Below are positions 21,923-32,477 of a stretch of 64,000 bases of DNA, one piece after another (within the stretch, counting starts at the first letter, position 1; every line of letters begins with the position of its first letter). A program made the position numbers and the translations under genes. The notes beneath the pieces are model-generated. The model made no database searches. It was not told the DNA's origin and saw nothing but the letters and a program-made list of their open reading frames with translations. The DNA is from Schizochytrium sp. TIO01 (taxonomy: Eukaryota > Protista > Bigyra: Labyrinthulomycetes): the NCBI GenBank assembly GCA_004764695.1, contig SMSO01000025.1:1922001-1986000 (forward strand), read 5' to 3'.

Positions 21923-23786
21923 CTCTCATCCCGGTTTTCACAAGACTTATGAAGCACCGCTTGATTGAAGATGAATAAGCTATAATTCGACGTTTATTCT
22001 TCTCCTTATTCGGTTAGCTTGCTTTTACTGAAGTATAATAGTTTGGTTTTGCGATCAAATTTTAAATCATTAAATGACCTTGTATGCCTAAAGATTGTAG
22101 CCACCTCCCTACGCGCCACTGTATTGGTTGGCTGATACGTGTTAGAGCTGTTAGATCCGTTGTATATATAAAAAATCAAGCTGCTGTAATTTTGACCTGA
22201 AGCAAGAACTACTACTAATTACTAATAGTTTGTGCTCGACATCTACACTTTGAACTTTAATCTCAAAAGGACACATGGATGTACCCTCAAATGACTCTAT
22301 ATTGAGCAGATTTTAATGAAATAAACAAAGAAAAATCTCAGGTATGCCTACTGAGAAACAAAATTATTTCGTGGGTACACACCCTAAACAACTTTTTGCT
22401 TTTGAACCAGAATATCACCTGCTTTTACTACATAAACGAGCACATGGAGCGAGAGGGTTTACACACCAGGTCAGACTTTACGACGGGTTTGTTAGATCGC
22501 TATTGAGCACTAATAGATAAGAATTCTGACATCAGCAGAATTTTGACGAGAGTATAACCTGAACAGTTTAAGTTTCCCTCCTAAACTCAGGGCTTATTTC
22601 CATTATCATATCAATTTTGGAGAAAACTCATCTGGAAATCTGCCTGTTCCTTTTAACAAACGCTTAGTTAAGTCGATGCTCTCATTGCCTCGTACAAGTG
22701 ACACCTTTGCAATAGTTCTGCCTTGCTCTTGCACGGGTGCTTGTACGAATTTTTCAGTTTTAAGCGCCTAATTTTTGCATAGGTACCTAGGTAGGTATGT
22801 TACGTCTCACAGAGTGCCACTCTCACTAGTCAGAGTTATTGAGTTAAAATCTTCAACTTGGTTAAAGAACTCAAGCCAAAACAATCACTCAATGACATAG
22901 TATCTCTCTCTCTCTCGTTTTAGAGAAAATAACTCAGGTCAAGAGGCTGCAGTTCATTTACTAGCAGAACCCTTTTTTCCCCTCACCGCGGTTGGTGTAT
23001 GTTCCCCGCATTACCTACTTCCTCGCCGCGGTGGGTGCTGCTGCATGGCTGGGCTTAGAGGGACTTATCTAGGAGAATAGGGAGGAGTGCCACTGTAGAA
23101 GTGACTAATATTATTTATAGGAGTAGCGATGAAGGTATTTGTTGTGGAGGATGAATCCTCATGAAGCAGCGTCTTTACATCCAAAAATGACATCGATTCC
23201 TCAAACGAACAGGTTCATTGTAATACTACCTAATTTAGGTTGATAATGATGATTCTTCTTCTTGCCTCTCTGGCAAGAAGTCATTGTTTCACACTAGACT
23301 ATTCGAATTATTTTTTAAGGTAGAAGCACTCGTAAAACTAAAATTCCATCCCGGTTTTCATTTTGGGGCATCAGCTCATGAATTCACGGTCTCAGATTTG
23401 TCTCGCTGTCAGAGTAACGATTCCGTGTCTTCGAGTTTCTGGTCTACCGATGCTTTAGGCGTCTGCAATCCTCTGCCAATTTTGCCACATGAACATCCAT
23501 CCCATTATCTACTTTAATGTAGGTACGGCCACTGCATTTCTCCATGCGTCTGTCTGTACGGCCTGAGAAGTGATCTAAACACATCTATAGTTCATTTAAA
23601 CTGAGTTATACTGCACTATCTCTTGCAAACTAAATAGAGTAAAGTGCTATTTCGAAGCACTAAATTGAATTCATCCGAAAGAAACAAGGAAGCCTTGCCA
23701 TTGCTATTGTATTCCTTAGATGGCCCATAGCCTTGCCTCCTGCCCAGCCTCGTTGATTATAGTGCAATGAGTGATCAATTGATATG

Positions 23787-23787
<1 letters not shown>

Positions 23788-23817
<30 letters not shown>

Positions 23818-23836
23818 CATTCATTCATTCATTCAT
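23788..23836. repeat. Compound (GATT)n(CATT)n microsatellite
   Basis: Directly visible tetranucleotide runs. Confidence 0.9.
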
Positions 23837-24293
23837 CGATTAAAAAGAGTGATTAGTGAAATGAATGATATGCATGGTAATTGATTAATTAAGTGAGTGA
23901 ATTAGTTGAGTGATTAATCGATCGAGTGACAATAATCGCGTGAGTTTGCGCTTCTGTAGATCCGTCTGCACGAGTACGTAGGCGCGCTTTCGCCGGGGTG
24001 GGGACTCCTGGTTATCGCCTTTGATCATCCGCTGCAGCGCCAGCGTTTTCGCGGTTGTGGGTTGCTGCAACCTGGCGCCGCAAGGTGGCCCGCATGCTTG
24101 AGATGGCCTGCATGCTTGAGATGAGGGGAGGACGATGAAAGAAGAGCGAAGGCGACGAAGAATCGAGGGTGAGGAGTGATCGAGGTAGAATATGGTGAGA
24201 ACTAACAAAGTTGAGTTCATGTGGAATTGGTGCTGCGCAGAACGAGATCGATCATTTGCAGATAGACGTCGCTCGTCAAACAGTTAAGGAAAA

Positions 24294-25104
24294 ATGTCGG
24301 ACGGCGTGAACACCAAGTACATGGCCTTGCTGGCCGCCGCCCCCCAGATTGGCGACTCCTGCCTCCAGGCGAACAAAAAGTTTGTACAGTGCAAGCAAGG
24401 CGACCAGAACCCGGCCTCCTGCGTCAGCGAGGGCGAGAAGGTGGTGTCCTGCACTCTCTCTGTGTACGTTATGGTCATGAAGGATTTAGATGCGGTTTAT
24501 TTATTCACATCTGGGAGCGATGCAGCTATTCACTAGGGTCATTTTTATGCTCAGATCGTTCCTAGCCTGGGATGTTTTGCTGGCCTAGCGCAAATGTGGA
24601 ATTTGGAGAGGACAGGTCGAGAAAGATGCGGTTCCTGTGACCGACCTTGGGACTTTTGGCGAGGAGCTATCGAGAAGAGGGAACTTTGGAAGACTTACTA
24701 ACTAACCAATACGTGCTTGCCTGCTGTTGCTGTATTCTTTGAATGCCACATCACTCATGGGATTTTATACTTTAATGATCGCCATTTGATGTTCCTCGGC
24801 TTATGAAACGTGTGTAAATCGTGGCGCCTCATATACAATTACCGCGTTCTCTGACTTCTATGCTCAATCATCATATTTTGCACATGGAAAAATCCACTTC
24901 TCAATGGATGATTTTTCTCATTTACACGCACATGGTAACGGACCTTTCATAAATATTCACAGCTTGCGAAAGGCCGAGAGCAAATGTGAAGAGTCCTTCC
25001 AGGCCTACCAGCACTGCCTCATGAGGAACAACCGTCAGTTCGAGCGCTGCCGTGACCAGCAGAAGGCCTTCGAGAAGTGCTTTACTGCCCCTGAACAAGA
25101 GTAG
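24294..25104 (+). CDS. NDUFA8: Complex I subunit NDUFA8 (twin CX9C); exons 24294-24463 and 24963-25104
   Basis: The GTACGT...CAG intron 24464-24962 joins two ORF-track fragments into a 103-aa protein: MSDGVNTKYMALLAAAPQIGDSC...C...NPASCVSEGEKVVSCTLSVLRKAESKCEESFQAYQHCL...FERCRDQQKAFEKC. It has four CX9C pairs. Confidence 0.9.
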
Positions 25105-25120
25105 CTAAATAATTGAGCTA

Positions 25121-26560
25121 TTAGGTCTCGTAATCTTGTACGAGCTGTTGAACACGAATAAGAGATTCTTGGAACTGGTCACGCTCAAAACCTGCCTGTT
25201 CATATTCGTGCATATATGCATTGACAGCAAACATTCGATTAGCTTTCACTAAAGCAGTGCGAATTGGGTTAGCAATACTTTGTGTGTTGCTAAGGCAGCC
25301 AATTGTCTTGTCCAGATTTTGTAAAGTTGAGTTGCACTCCTCATAGCGAACAGAAGCATACAACCCAGGGAAGTTTGCTTCAGCGTCGAGTGCAGCTACT
25401 CTTGAACCCTTGCCACGAAATGTATACAAGGTGGCGAATGGGGGCTGCCGAAACTTCTTGTCCATATAAGTTCTTGTCTCCTTACTCAAAGCAGCCCAAG
25501 AAGAGGAGGTAAACGAAACAACATCTTCTCCAAGTTGTGGCACACTTGTTACACGAAGACAGTTTAGACTTGGACGTATACAAATTTCTCGAACTGTATA
25601 GTCAAGAATATCATGGTCTCGCCACTGCTGTGATGAATCCAAACCTTGTGAGGGTATTAAGGTACTTGCACATACATTTCTTGCAAGCACCTGATTCAGA
25701 TGCTCTAATTCTGGCCGCTCTACTCGTAGCGCTCGTTGGCACACAGTTCTAGCCTCATCATTAAACAAATTGATAATACCATGTGAGGTCTGCTGTATCT
25801 CTGCAAGGGTTAGGGCAACATTATAGTTCTGCACAACAACTTCTCCCAGCTTGTGTGGCCAAACTACCACGTTGGCGACTGTGGCGCCAGGGAACTCATC
25901 ACGAACCACCTCCGTCATACGAGACCCAACACCAGATCCAGTGCCACCTGCTACACTTTGTAAGAGCAAAAACCCGCTCAAACTGTCACAGGCCTCCGCT
26001 TCTCGGCGTAGCATTTCTGTTGCCCGGGCTGCCACAAGCGGCCCGTGTCTTACAAAACCCTGCGCCCAGTTGTTGCCCGAGCCACCTTCAAAAGTCAAGC
26101 GCCGATGAGCATCATAGCGCCATAACCCACGGCGCGAGAGACAGGTATCTACAACACGAGGCTCCATGTCTACAAGAAGGGCCCGTGCAACCCTTCGATC
26201 AGGCAGACGTGTCCGTTTCATGTTTGGTCCGTTTTGGTCATTCCGAGTGGTCATGCTTTCTTGCCTTCTGAGCTCTTCAAGTACAATTTCTTCCTCCGCA
26301 TCAAGACTAGGGTTTGCATAGAAGAATGTCTCTCGGCGATTCTTTGCCGCCACAAAGCTCTCAATCTGCCTTTCCGAGCGAGTTTGGAGTGCGTCCAAGG
26401 CACCTGGTCGTGGTGGTGCTGGGCCTCTTAAAGGCAAATTAGGCAATGGCGTTGTATCTTGAATATTCCCTTTGACACAAGTTGAGTGCAGTGCATCAAA
26501 AATAGCCTCTCCAAGCTGATTACCACATTGCCCGAGCTGGACAGCAACCACAGAAGACAT
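25121..26560 (-). CDS. TUBD1: Delta-tubulin
   Basis: Motifs MSSVVAVQLGQCGNQLG, ARALLVDMEPRVV, GGSGNNWAQG, LLQSVAGGTGSGVGS, VWPHKLGEVVVQNYN and MFAVNAYMHEYEQAG. The WP..GEV.VQNYN and GSGNNWA.G motifs are the delta-type forms. No acidic tail. Confidence 0.9.
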   Translation of the reverse strand: MSSVVAVQLGQCGNQLGEAIFDALHSTCVKGNIQDTTPLPNLPLRGPAPPRPGALDALQTRSERQIESFVAAKNRRETFFYANPSLDAEEEIVLEELRRQESMTTRNDQNGPNMKRTRLPDRRVARALLVDMEPRVVDTCLSRRGLWRYDAHRRLTFEGGSGNNWAQGFVRHGPLVAARATEMLRREAEACDSLSGFLLLQSVAGGTGSGVGSRMTEVVRDEFPGATVANVVVWPHKLGEVVVQNYNVALTLAEIQQTSHGIINLFNDEARTVCQRALRVERPELEHLNQVLARNVCASTLIPSQGLDSSQQWRDHDILDYTVREICIRPSLNCLRVTSVPQLGEDVVSFTSSSWAALSKETRTYMDKKFRQPPFATLYTFRGKGSRVAALDAEANFPGLYASVRYEECNSTLQNLDKTIGCLSNTQSIANPIRTALVKANRMFAVNAYMHEYEQAGFERDQFQESLIRVQQLVQDYET

Positions 26561-27477
26561 GGTCACGCCAACGTAGCAAGCTAGCTTCTACTGAATGAAA
26601 GCTTTCAGACTGTGCAAGACAGACTAAAGCGCTGAGTCTGAGCGCCAATCTAAAGATGTTAGTTTTAAAAAATAGAAGAAGCTTTGGCACCAAGGTACCG
26701 GGTGTTCGTAAGAGAACGTTCGGGGTATCCTTCTTGCTGGCTATTCAGTTGGACTCAATCTCGATCGGCATCCGTGCAGCACGCTGACACGATCTGGTTG
26801 GGCCTAACTTATGGAAAGAATGCCTTTAATGACCTTCAACATTAAAGCGAGTTCAATCCCCGCGCTGCGACAAGTTTTGTTAAGCTCGAGTGCGGCGTGG
26901 AGAAGGAAACCTCTGCCTCTATCCTCAACACGAGGGGTTTGCTGTTTTTTCGTCTTCGAAAATGGTGAGATACGCTCCAGGTCTTGTAATTAGCATAATG
27001 TATACCCATCCTTCTTGGTTTTAAAAATAACCTATAGTGGGATATATAACAGACCAGGAGTAATACGTGTAGTGTGTTGTCCGTCTTCCTCGAGTAGATA
27101 TTAATCTTTGGTTATCAAGCTAAAGAGTGCTGGACTTGTCTTGGAAAATTGCACGGATCTCTATTAATTTGGAGGCGATGTGATCATAAGTTTTTTAGGT
27201 TTTTGTTTTTTTAATATGGCCAAAAGAAAGATGCTTGAGTTAAGTGGTTCTCAGCAAGATGAGATGCAACAACAACGTGACACAATTGCAGAAAAGATTG
27301 CAATGTGCACTTTTTAATTCAAGAAAAGATTGTCATTATCGATAGATAAAGTTGCATATTATTCATGGTGTAGTATCGGAACTATGGTCTCTGAATAGGA
27401 TAGAAATCTCGATATTGAGAGCAGAATGATTTCGTCGTGAGGGAAGCCAAATTTGAGCGTCTCAGCTTTATAATATT

Positions 27478-30261
27478 CTACCTTTTAAAAGGTTCCTCAG
27501 GCGTAGGTGCATTCGAAGACAAGCTGGTTGAAATTGACCCCGCAGACCTCTGTGAGAGGCGTTTGTATATTTCCTGAACACCTGAAGATCCGGGCAGAGA
27601 AGATGCGACCGAGGACGCGAGAGACCGGCGTTCTGATTTTCGTCGTCCTAATGATGCTCGCTTCGGAGTTTCTGAAAGATCAGGAGCTACATCAAGAAGA
27701 CGTCTCGTATTGCTCAGAAAATCTTCTTGAGTTAATGGTTCATTAGCGAAACCAAGACCAGATGATACCCAACGCTCGCAGAGGTCATTGTATGACCATA
27801 CATCCGTATGGTTGGGCAGCAAAAATACGGGGTCTCGGATTGGCTCACCCTGAAGATCAACAAGATCGTCAGAATCAACACTCATGTCTTGCAAAAGCTC
27901 AGGATTAAGACGCAAGCTCATATATGGTACGATGGCATCCATTCGATTCTGTCTCTGCCATTCTGGCCAGGTAGACAACCACTCCTCGAATTGTTCCTCC
28001 GTTACAGCTAAAGCTTCTTCCCTTGCAGCATTGATTTTTTCCTTGCTAATAGAAACTGAATGAGGGAAAATCATCGCTTTTGATGATACAGGCAGGTCTA
28101 AAACGTCACGCAGTTCTATCTCAAAGCGGAGGTATGATGACACATCATCGACACCCCGATCCATTGAGTTGATATAGGCTTCAACATGTTTGTGGACAAT
28201 GTTCAAGCGCATGATACGTCGGCCAAGAGTACGCAATTTCTCGCGGTTTCCACGAGCGTGTGCAATGGCAACAACAACCTGCATTTGCCCCAATGCCCAA
28301 ATAGGTTTGTCTGCGCATGCATCAACAGCATCAAGCATGCGAATGATAATTTCCTCCCGCGAGACAGGATCATTAATAATGATGTCAAGAACCTCTTTCA
28401 CGCGCTCTCTAAGAGCCGGGCGGTACTCTTCAGTAACATATTCTTTCGATTGTAAAAGCATGCTAAGGAACTGCAAGACCCCCCACACGTAAGCTTTATC
28501 AATATGGGCACGCAATTCTTCGGCATTTACGCCAAATTCACGTGCGACGTCTTCAAGCGAGGAAAGTTCAAGGCGGTTAAAGAGAACTAGGACACCCTTG
28601 ATACTGCGCAATTGTTGAATGAGATCATCCGGAAGGTTTGTATCTGCAATATTTACAGCTAGTGGACGCTTGGGAGACCTCGCAATCGATTCAATGGGCA
28701 CACTTTCTAATGATGTACACCCAGCAAGGTTGATTTCTCGTGTGCGGATTAACTGAATCGAAGGTGGAATGTATGTCAGTGATGAACACCCTTCAGCGTT
28801 CAAAGTATCTCCAACAGTGAGGTTCTCTGGCAGTGCCTCAAGTGCAGTGCAGTTAATCAAAATAAGATTGTCACGAATTGTAAGTCCGGCAGGAAGTTCC
28901 TTTAGATTGGTACACCCTGCTAAAACAAGGCTGCCATTGATTTTTTTCAAATTTGGTGGAAGGTACTCAATCTGGGTGCATGCTACTAAGTATATACTGC
29001 CAATAGTCTCTATATTTGCGGGGAGACCCACCAAACTATCATTGATGATACAGTTCAGTTGGCCTTTAACTTGCATGTCAGCTGGTAAAGTAAACGGCGT
29101 TGGGTTATCTAGTCGTAAGATAAGATCTCCATCAAACTTCATTCGTTCGCCAAAGGTTCGAATAGTAACCTTGGATATTACAGCATTGCCCTTTACATGA
29201 AGATCATCGGGCAAATCAATTGTAAAACGAGCATTGTCTTCGGAGACTCTTCCTGATTTAACTCCCATACTGTTACGGCTTGTAGTGTCGGCTGCGTCCT
29301 CTGATTGATGGTCAATTTCCTCTTCACCTCCTTCGCTTTCGTCATCAGGGAGATTGGAGATGTACTCTCGAACGATTGCAAGGTCACGAAGCGCACAAAA
29401 CCCTGGGGCTATTTGACCTGGGTATTTAGGCACCTCAATAATTGTGTCTGTTTGCACTGTAAACTTCGGAAAGTCTTCTCCGAGGTGCAGACGTAAAAAC
29501 TTTTTGGGGGCATTGATGACCCTAAGGGAGTTAGATTCTGGATCCCATCCAATAATCGCCGAAGAAAGCTTGTCCTTGAGAGCAGAGTTCTCACCCAGCA
29601 TATCAAGGGTTGATTGAATTTGCGTGGCGTGCATGGAGTGTTGGGTTCTGGCTTTGAGTTTTGTAGCAGCCCATTCGACTTCGTGTTCTACACAGCGGCC
29701 CGCATTGATAACGCCCAGGCCTAGGGGAGTTAAACATGCTATGGAGAGCGAGCCACATACAGCTGGACAGCAAACACAAACAAGAACACCACTAATGACC
29801 TGTGTAAAGCAATTGCAGCAGCGATTGTTTTCTGAGCAACGCTGTATCCGAGCAACACACGGCAGCCCTAATTCTCCTGGGAGAAAAATTGTGATTGGTA
29901 TCAAGACTGGTACAAGGACTCCAAACAAGACTATGTACATGATACCCTCAATAAATCGTACCCATATGGTCTCAGGTCTGCACCAGTGGTCAATTTGCCA
30001 TGGTCTATAGCACCAAATGGGCGTACAGAGGAGACTCTTGGGTGCTATACCTTCAAGAAAATATGGTTTCCAGTCCTCAGCGTCATATCTCATGCCACAA
30101 CATTTCCCTAAATACACACTCGCAGGCACCGTATGCCTCGAGGCTAGCCGCCTTGCCTCTTTCACAAAGGCGGGATGTTCACCATCCTGACGAAGCCAAG
30201 AGTTGAGCCATTCCTCGTGTGCATGGTGATCGAGGATTTCTTCAAAAGAAGGGTGAGACAT
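27478..30261 (-). CDS. LRR-NEL (IpaH/SspH-type novel E3 ligase)-U-box-like protein, paralogue A, with Cys-rich membrane N-terminus
   Basis: 927-aa intronless ORF. LRRs such as LPENLTVGDTLNAEGCSSL. NEL core MLDAVDACADKPIWALGQM...LGRRIMRL...DDVSSYLRFEIELRDVLDLPV...AMIF...FEEWLSTWPEWQ, with the Cys codon at 28315-28317. Then GEPIRDPVFLLP...CERWV. Confidence 0.85.
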   Translation of the reverse strand: MSHPSFEEILDHHAHEEWLNSWLRQDGEHPAFVKEARRLASRHTVPASVYLGKCCGMRYDAEDWKPYFLEGIAPKSLLCTPIWCYRPWQIDHWCRPETIWVRFIEGIMYIVLFGVLVPVLIPITIFLPGELGLPCVARIQRCSENNRCCNCFTQVISGVLVCVCCPAVCGSLSIACLTPLGLGVINAGRCVEHEVEWAATKLKARTQHSMHATQIQSTLDMLGENSALKDKLSSAIIGWDPESNSLRVINAPKKFLRLHLGEDFPKFTVQTDTIIEVPKYPGQIAPGFCALRDLAIVREYISNLPDDESEGGEEEIDHQSEDAADTTSRNSMGVKSGRVSEDNARFTIDLPDDLHVKGNAVISKVTIRTFGERMKFDGDLILRLDNPTPFTLPADMQVKGQLNCIINDSLVGLPANIETIGSIYLVACTQIEYLPPNLKKINGSLVLAGCTNLKELPAGLTIRDNLILINCTALEALPENLTVGDTLNAEGCSSLTYIPPSIQLIRTREINLAGCTSLESVPIESIARSPKRPLAVNIADTNLPDDLIQQLRSIKGVLVLFNRLELSSLEDVAREFGVNAEELRAHIDKAYVWGVLQFLSMLLQSKEYVTEEYRPALRERVKEVLDIIINDPVSREEIIIRMLDAVDACADKPIWALGQMQVVVAIAHARGNREKLRTLGRRIMRLNIVHKHVEAYINSMDRGVDDVSSYLRFEIELRDVLDLPVSSKAMIFPHSVSISKEKINAAREEALAVTEEQFEEWLSTWPEWQRQNRMDAIVPYMSLRLNPELLQDMSVDSDDLVDLQGEPIRDPVFLLPNHTDVWSYNDLCERWVSSGLGFANEPLTQEDFLSNTRRLLDVAPDLSETPKRASLGRRKSERRSLASSVASSLPGSSGVQEIYKRLSQRSAGSISTSLSSNAPTPEEPFKR

Positions 30262-32458
30262 AGTTTTGAAAAAATCTTTCTTCTGTCCGGCACAGCAGCG
30301 ACTTCACCGAGGCTGCCAGCCAAGGCAAGACTCTTTCAAAGACGGGGTTTGGCGTTGCCACCCAGCCTGAAGAGCTGTCAAGCTTCAATGGAATTTATTT
30401 TGGCTGTTTGCAAGGTCCCTCGCTCGCCCCCTTTTCATTCTTTCCATTACTTCAGGTAGTCAAATTTTTTATTTTTTTTTTAAAATAAAATTGAGGATTG
30501 GCATAAGGTTAAATAATTCCATTGTAGCGTTTCAATTATTCATAATGATTTCTTTTCTTTTAAATTTGTTTTCGTCATTCGTTTATCGATGACTCATTGG
30601 TATACTAAGGTTAATGACGGAGCCAGTCTTTTCCTGGGCTCCTCGCGTATTCAGCTGTGAAGAAAACTGGAATGAGACTGCGTCGAACTCACAAACACCG
30701 GTAAGTTCTTGCAATTGGCCGTGCGGAGAACGATGTTCCTACGTAGACATGTGCAGGAGGACACCGAAATCGCGGGGAGGGAGGAACTATGAAAGCTGTA
30801 TTGGCCAAAATTAAAAATTGTCAGCAGCTGTGCTGGAAAACGATTCTCGGCACGTGCAACAGGGGTATCCAGCACAAGCCTATATCATCAGAGGCTAATT
30901 ACAATATTCGCCTCCTTTGCAGAGATAACTCGGAGGTATGAATGTATAACTGCTTGACGGAATACGAGAGAGATCTTGCAGTTGAATCAGTTGAATAGAT
31001 GCTAATAGATAATTTTAGCGCTCACTAAAGAGAGAAGTTCTCCCGACTTTCGTGCCTTATATGCAAAAGTGCTTTACTTCAAAAGAGAGCACGCAAAATC
31101 GAGAAGCGCTGCCAACGATGACCAATCGCGGGCTTTTCTTCATGCATATCTAAGTTGGTAACCTGTCGATTTTCGTTGGCGCACTTGTTGTGTACCTTCT
31201 GCCTATTTTGTACACGAGTTACGGCGGTGTGGCGTGGCTTCAACGTTGCCGGTTTCAACATAGGAGTCTATGAGCGATTGATTAGGTTTCTCCGATAAAT
31301 CGAGACGCAACTCGAAGTAGAGAAAATGGACTGGAGCTTTGCATCATGTTTTGTTTTGACCTGTGGGTTCGCATCAAGGAACGAGGTCGCAGCGCTAGTA
31401 GCGAAAGGGTCTGCAAAGACGATGTACACACCCAAGTTTCGGTAATGGCTCGGAGACTCGGGCTCAAAGTCACACTACTACAGTGCTGAGTTTTCATTAA
31501 AGTGCGAACTGCATGCAAGTAATGATGAAAGTAATGAATATACGAAGGCAAGACCTGCAACATCTGAAAGGCTCACATTTTCCTGAGTGTGGTGGCAATG
31601 TATTGCAAGGAGAGACGTATTTACCAATGTAAGCTTCTTGGCGGTCCAACAGTATTATTAAATACTTGGCTTGGAAGCTTTAGAGTTTATTGAAGGGAGA
31701 ATGCTTAATGCTATGAATAGTACCACCTAGCTAGAATTAAGTCAAGAATAGGAGATGCATGAAGTCCAGATTAGTGCTCAAGCACTCTCCATGGGCTCCC
31801 CAGTGCTGCTGTGAACAAGCATGATTCGGCAAAGGGTTCATGCCGAATGAAAGTTTTGGCTAGTAGGGGTAATGTGCCAATGGAGATTGAATCATGGAAT
31901 ACATAGGGTGAAAATGTACACATGGGTGAAAGTGAGTGGTGGTGCAAACATCTTATGCCAACATCTTATTATATTATGTAAGGTCACTGGCTTGGAGCAA
32001 TGTTCGAGTATCTCATGCGACAACGCAATATAAAAAGTACGCAGGGTTCACCACTCCCTGTGTAGACACTTTCCATGTTCATCTGCGGAAATGAACTCAA
32101 TTTCCTGACCAAAGTACAAACAATCTTGTCATCTCTGATCTTCGCCCCTGAGGATACTGATAATTACATTCATCATAGTAGTCGATATTGAGGTTTGTAG
32201 TAGCCCAATACCTTCCAGCTTCTAAGACTAATCTAGCTCTGTCCCTGCTTTCAATGGTTGTTTCGAATCTTCTCTCCTGCAAATGCGCCACCACCATGCA
32301 ATGAATGATTCTAGGCCTAACACCTGAGCTATATAGTACTAGTCGCTTTACTTCTACTACTCTGTATCTAGAATAGCTTTTGCTGCTTGCTGGACGATAG
32401 CTTTAGCCCTGTAGTCCTGCAAGCCCGGCGGCGCTGGGCACTCTTCAGCCTGCTAGGA

Positions 32459-32477
32459 CCCCCCCCCCCCCCCCCCC
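32459..32477. repeat. Poly-C tract (19 nt)
   Basis: Directly visible homopolymer. Confidence 0.9.

Noticed and set aside
24464-24962. Intronic snoRNA in the NDUFA8 or ribosomal protein introns
   Set aside because: No convincing paired C (RUGAUGA) and D (CUGA) boxes with a terminal stem were found by eye. snoscan or Infernal would be needed.
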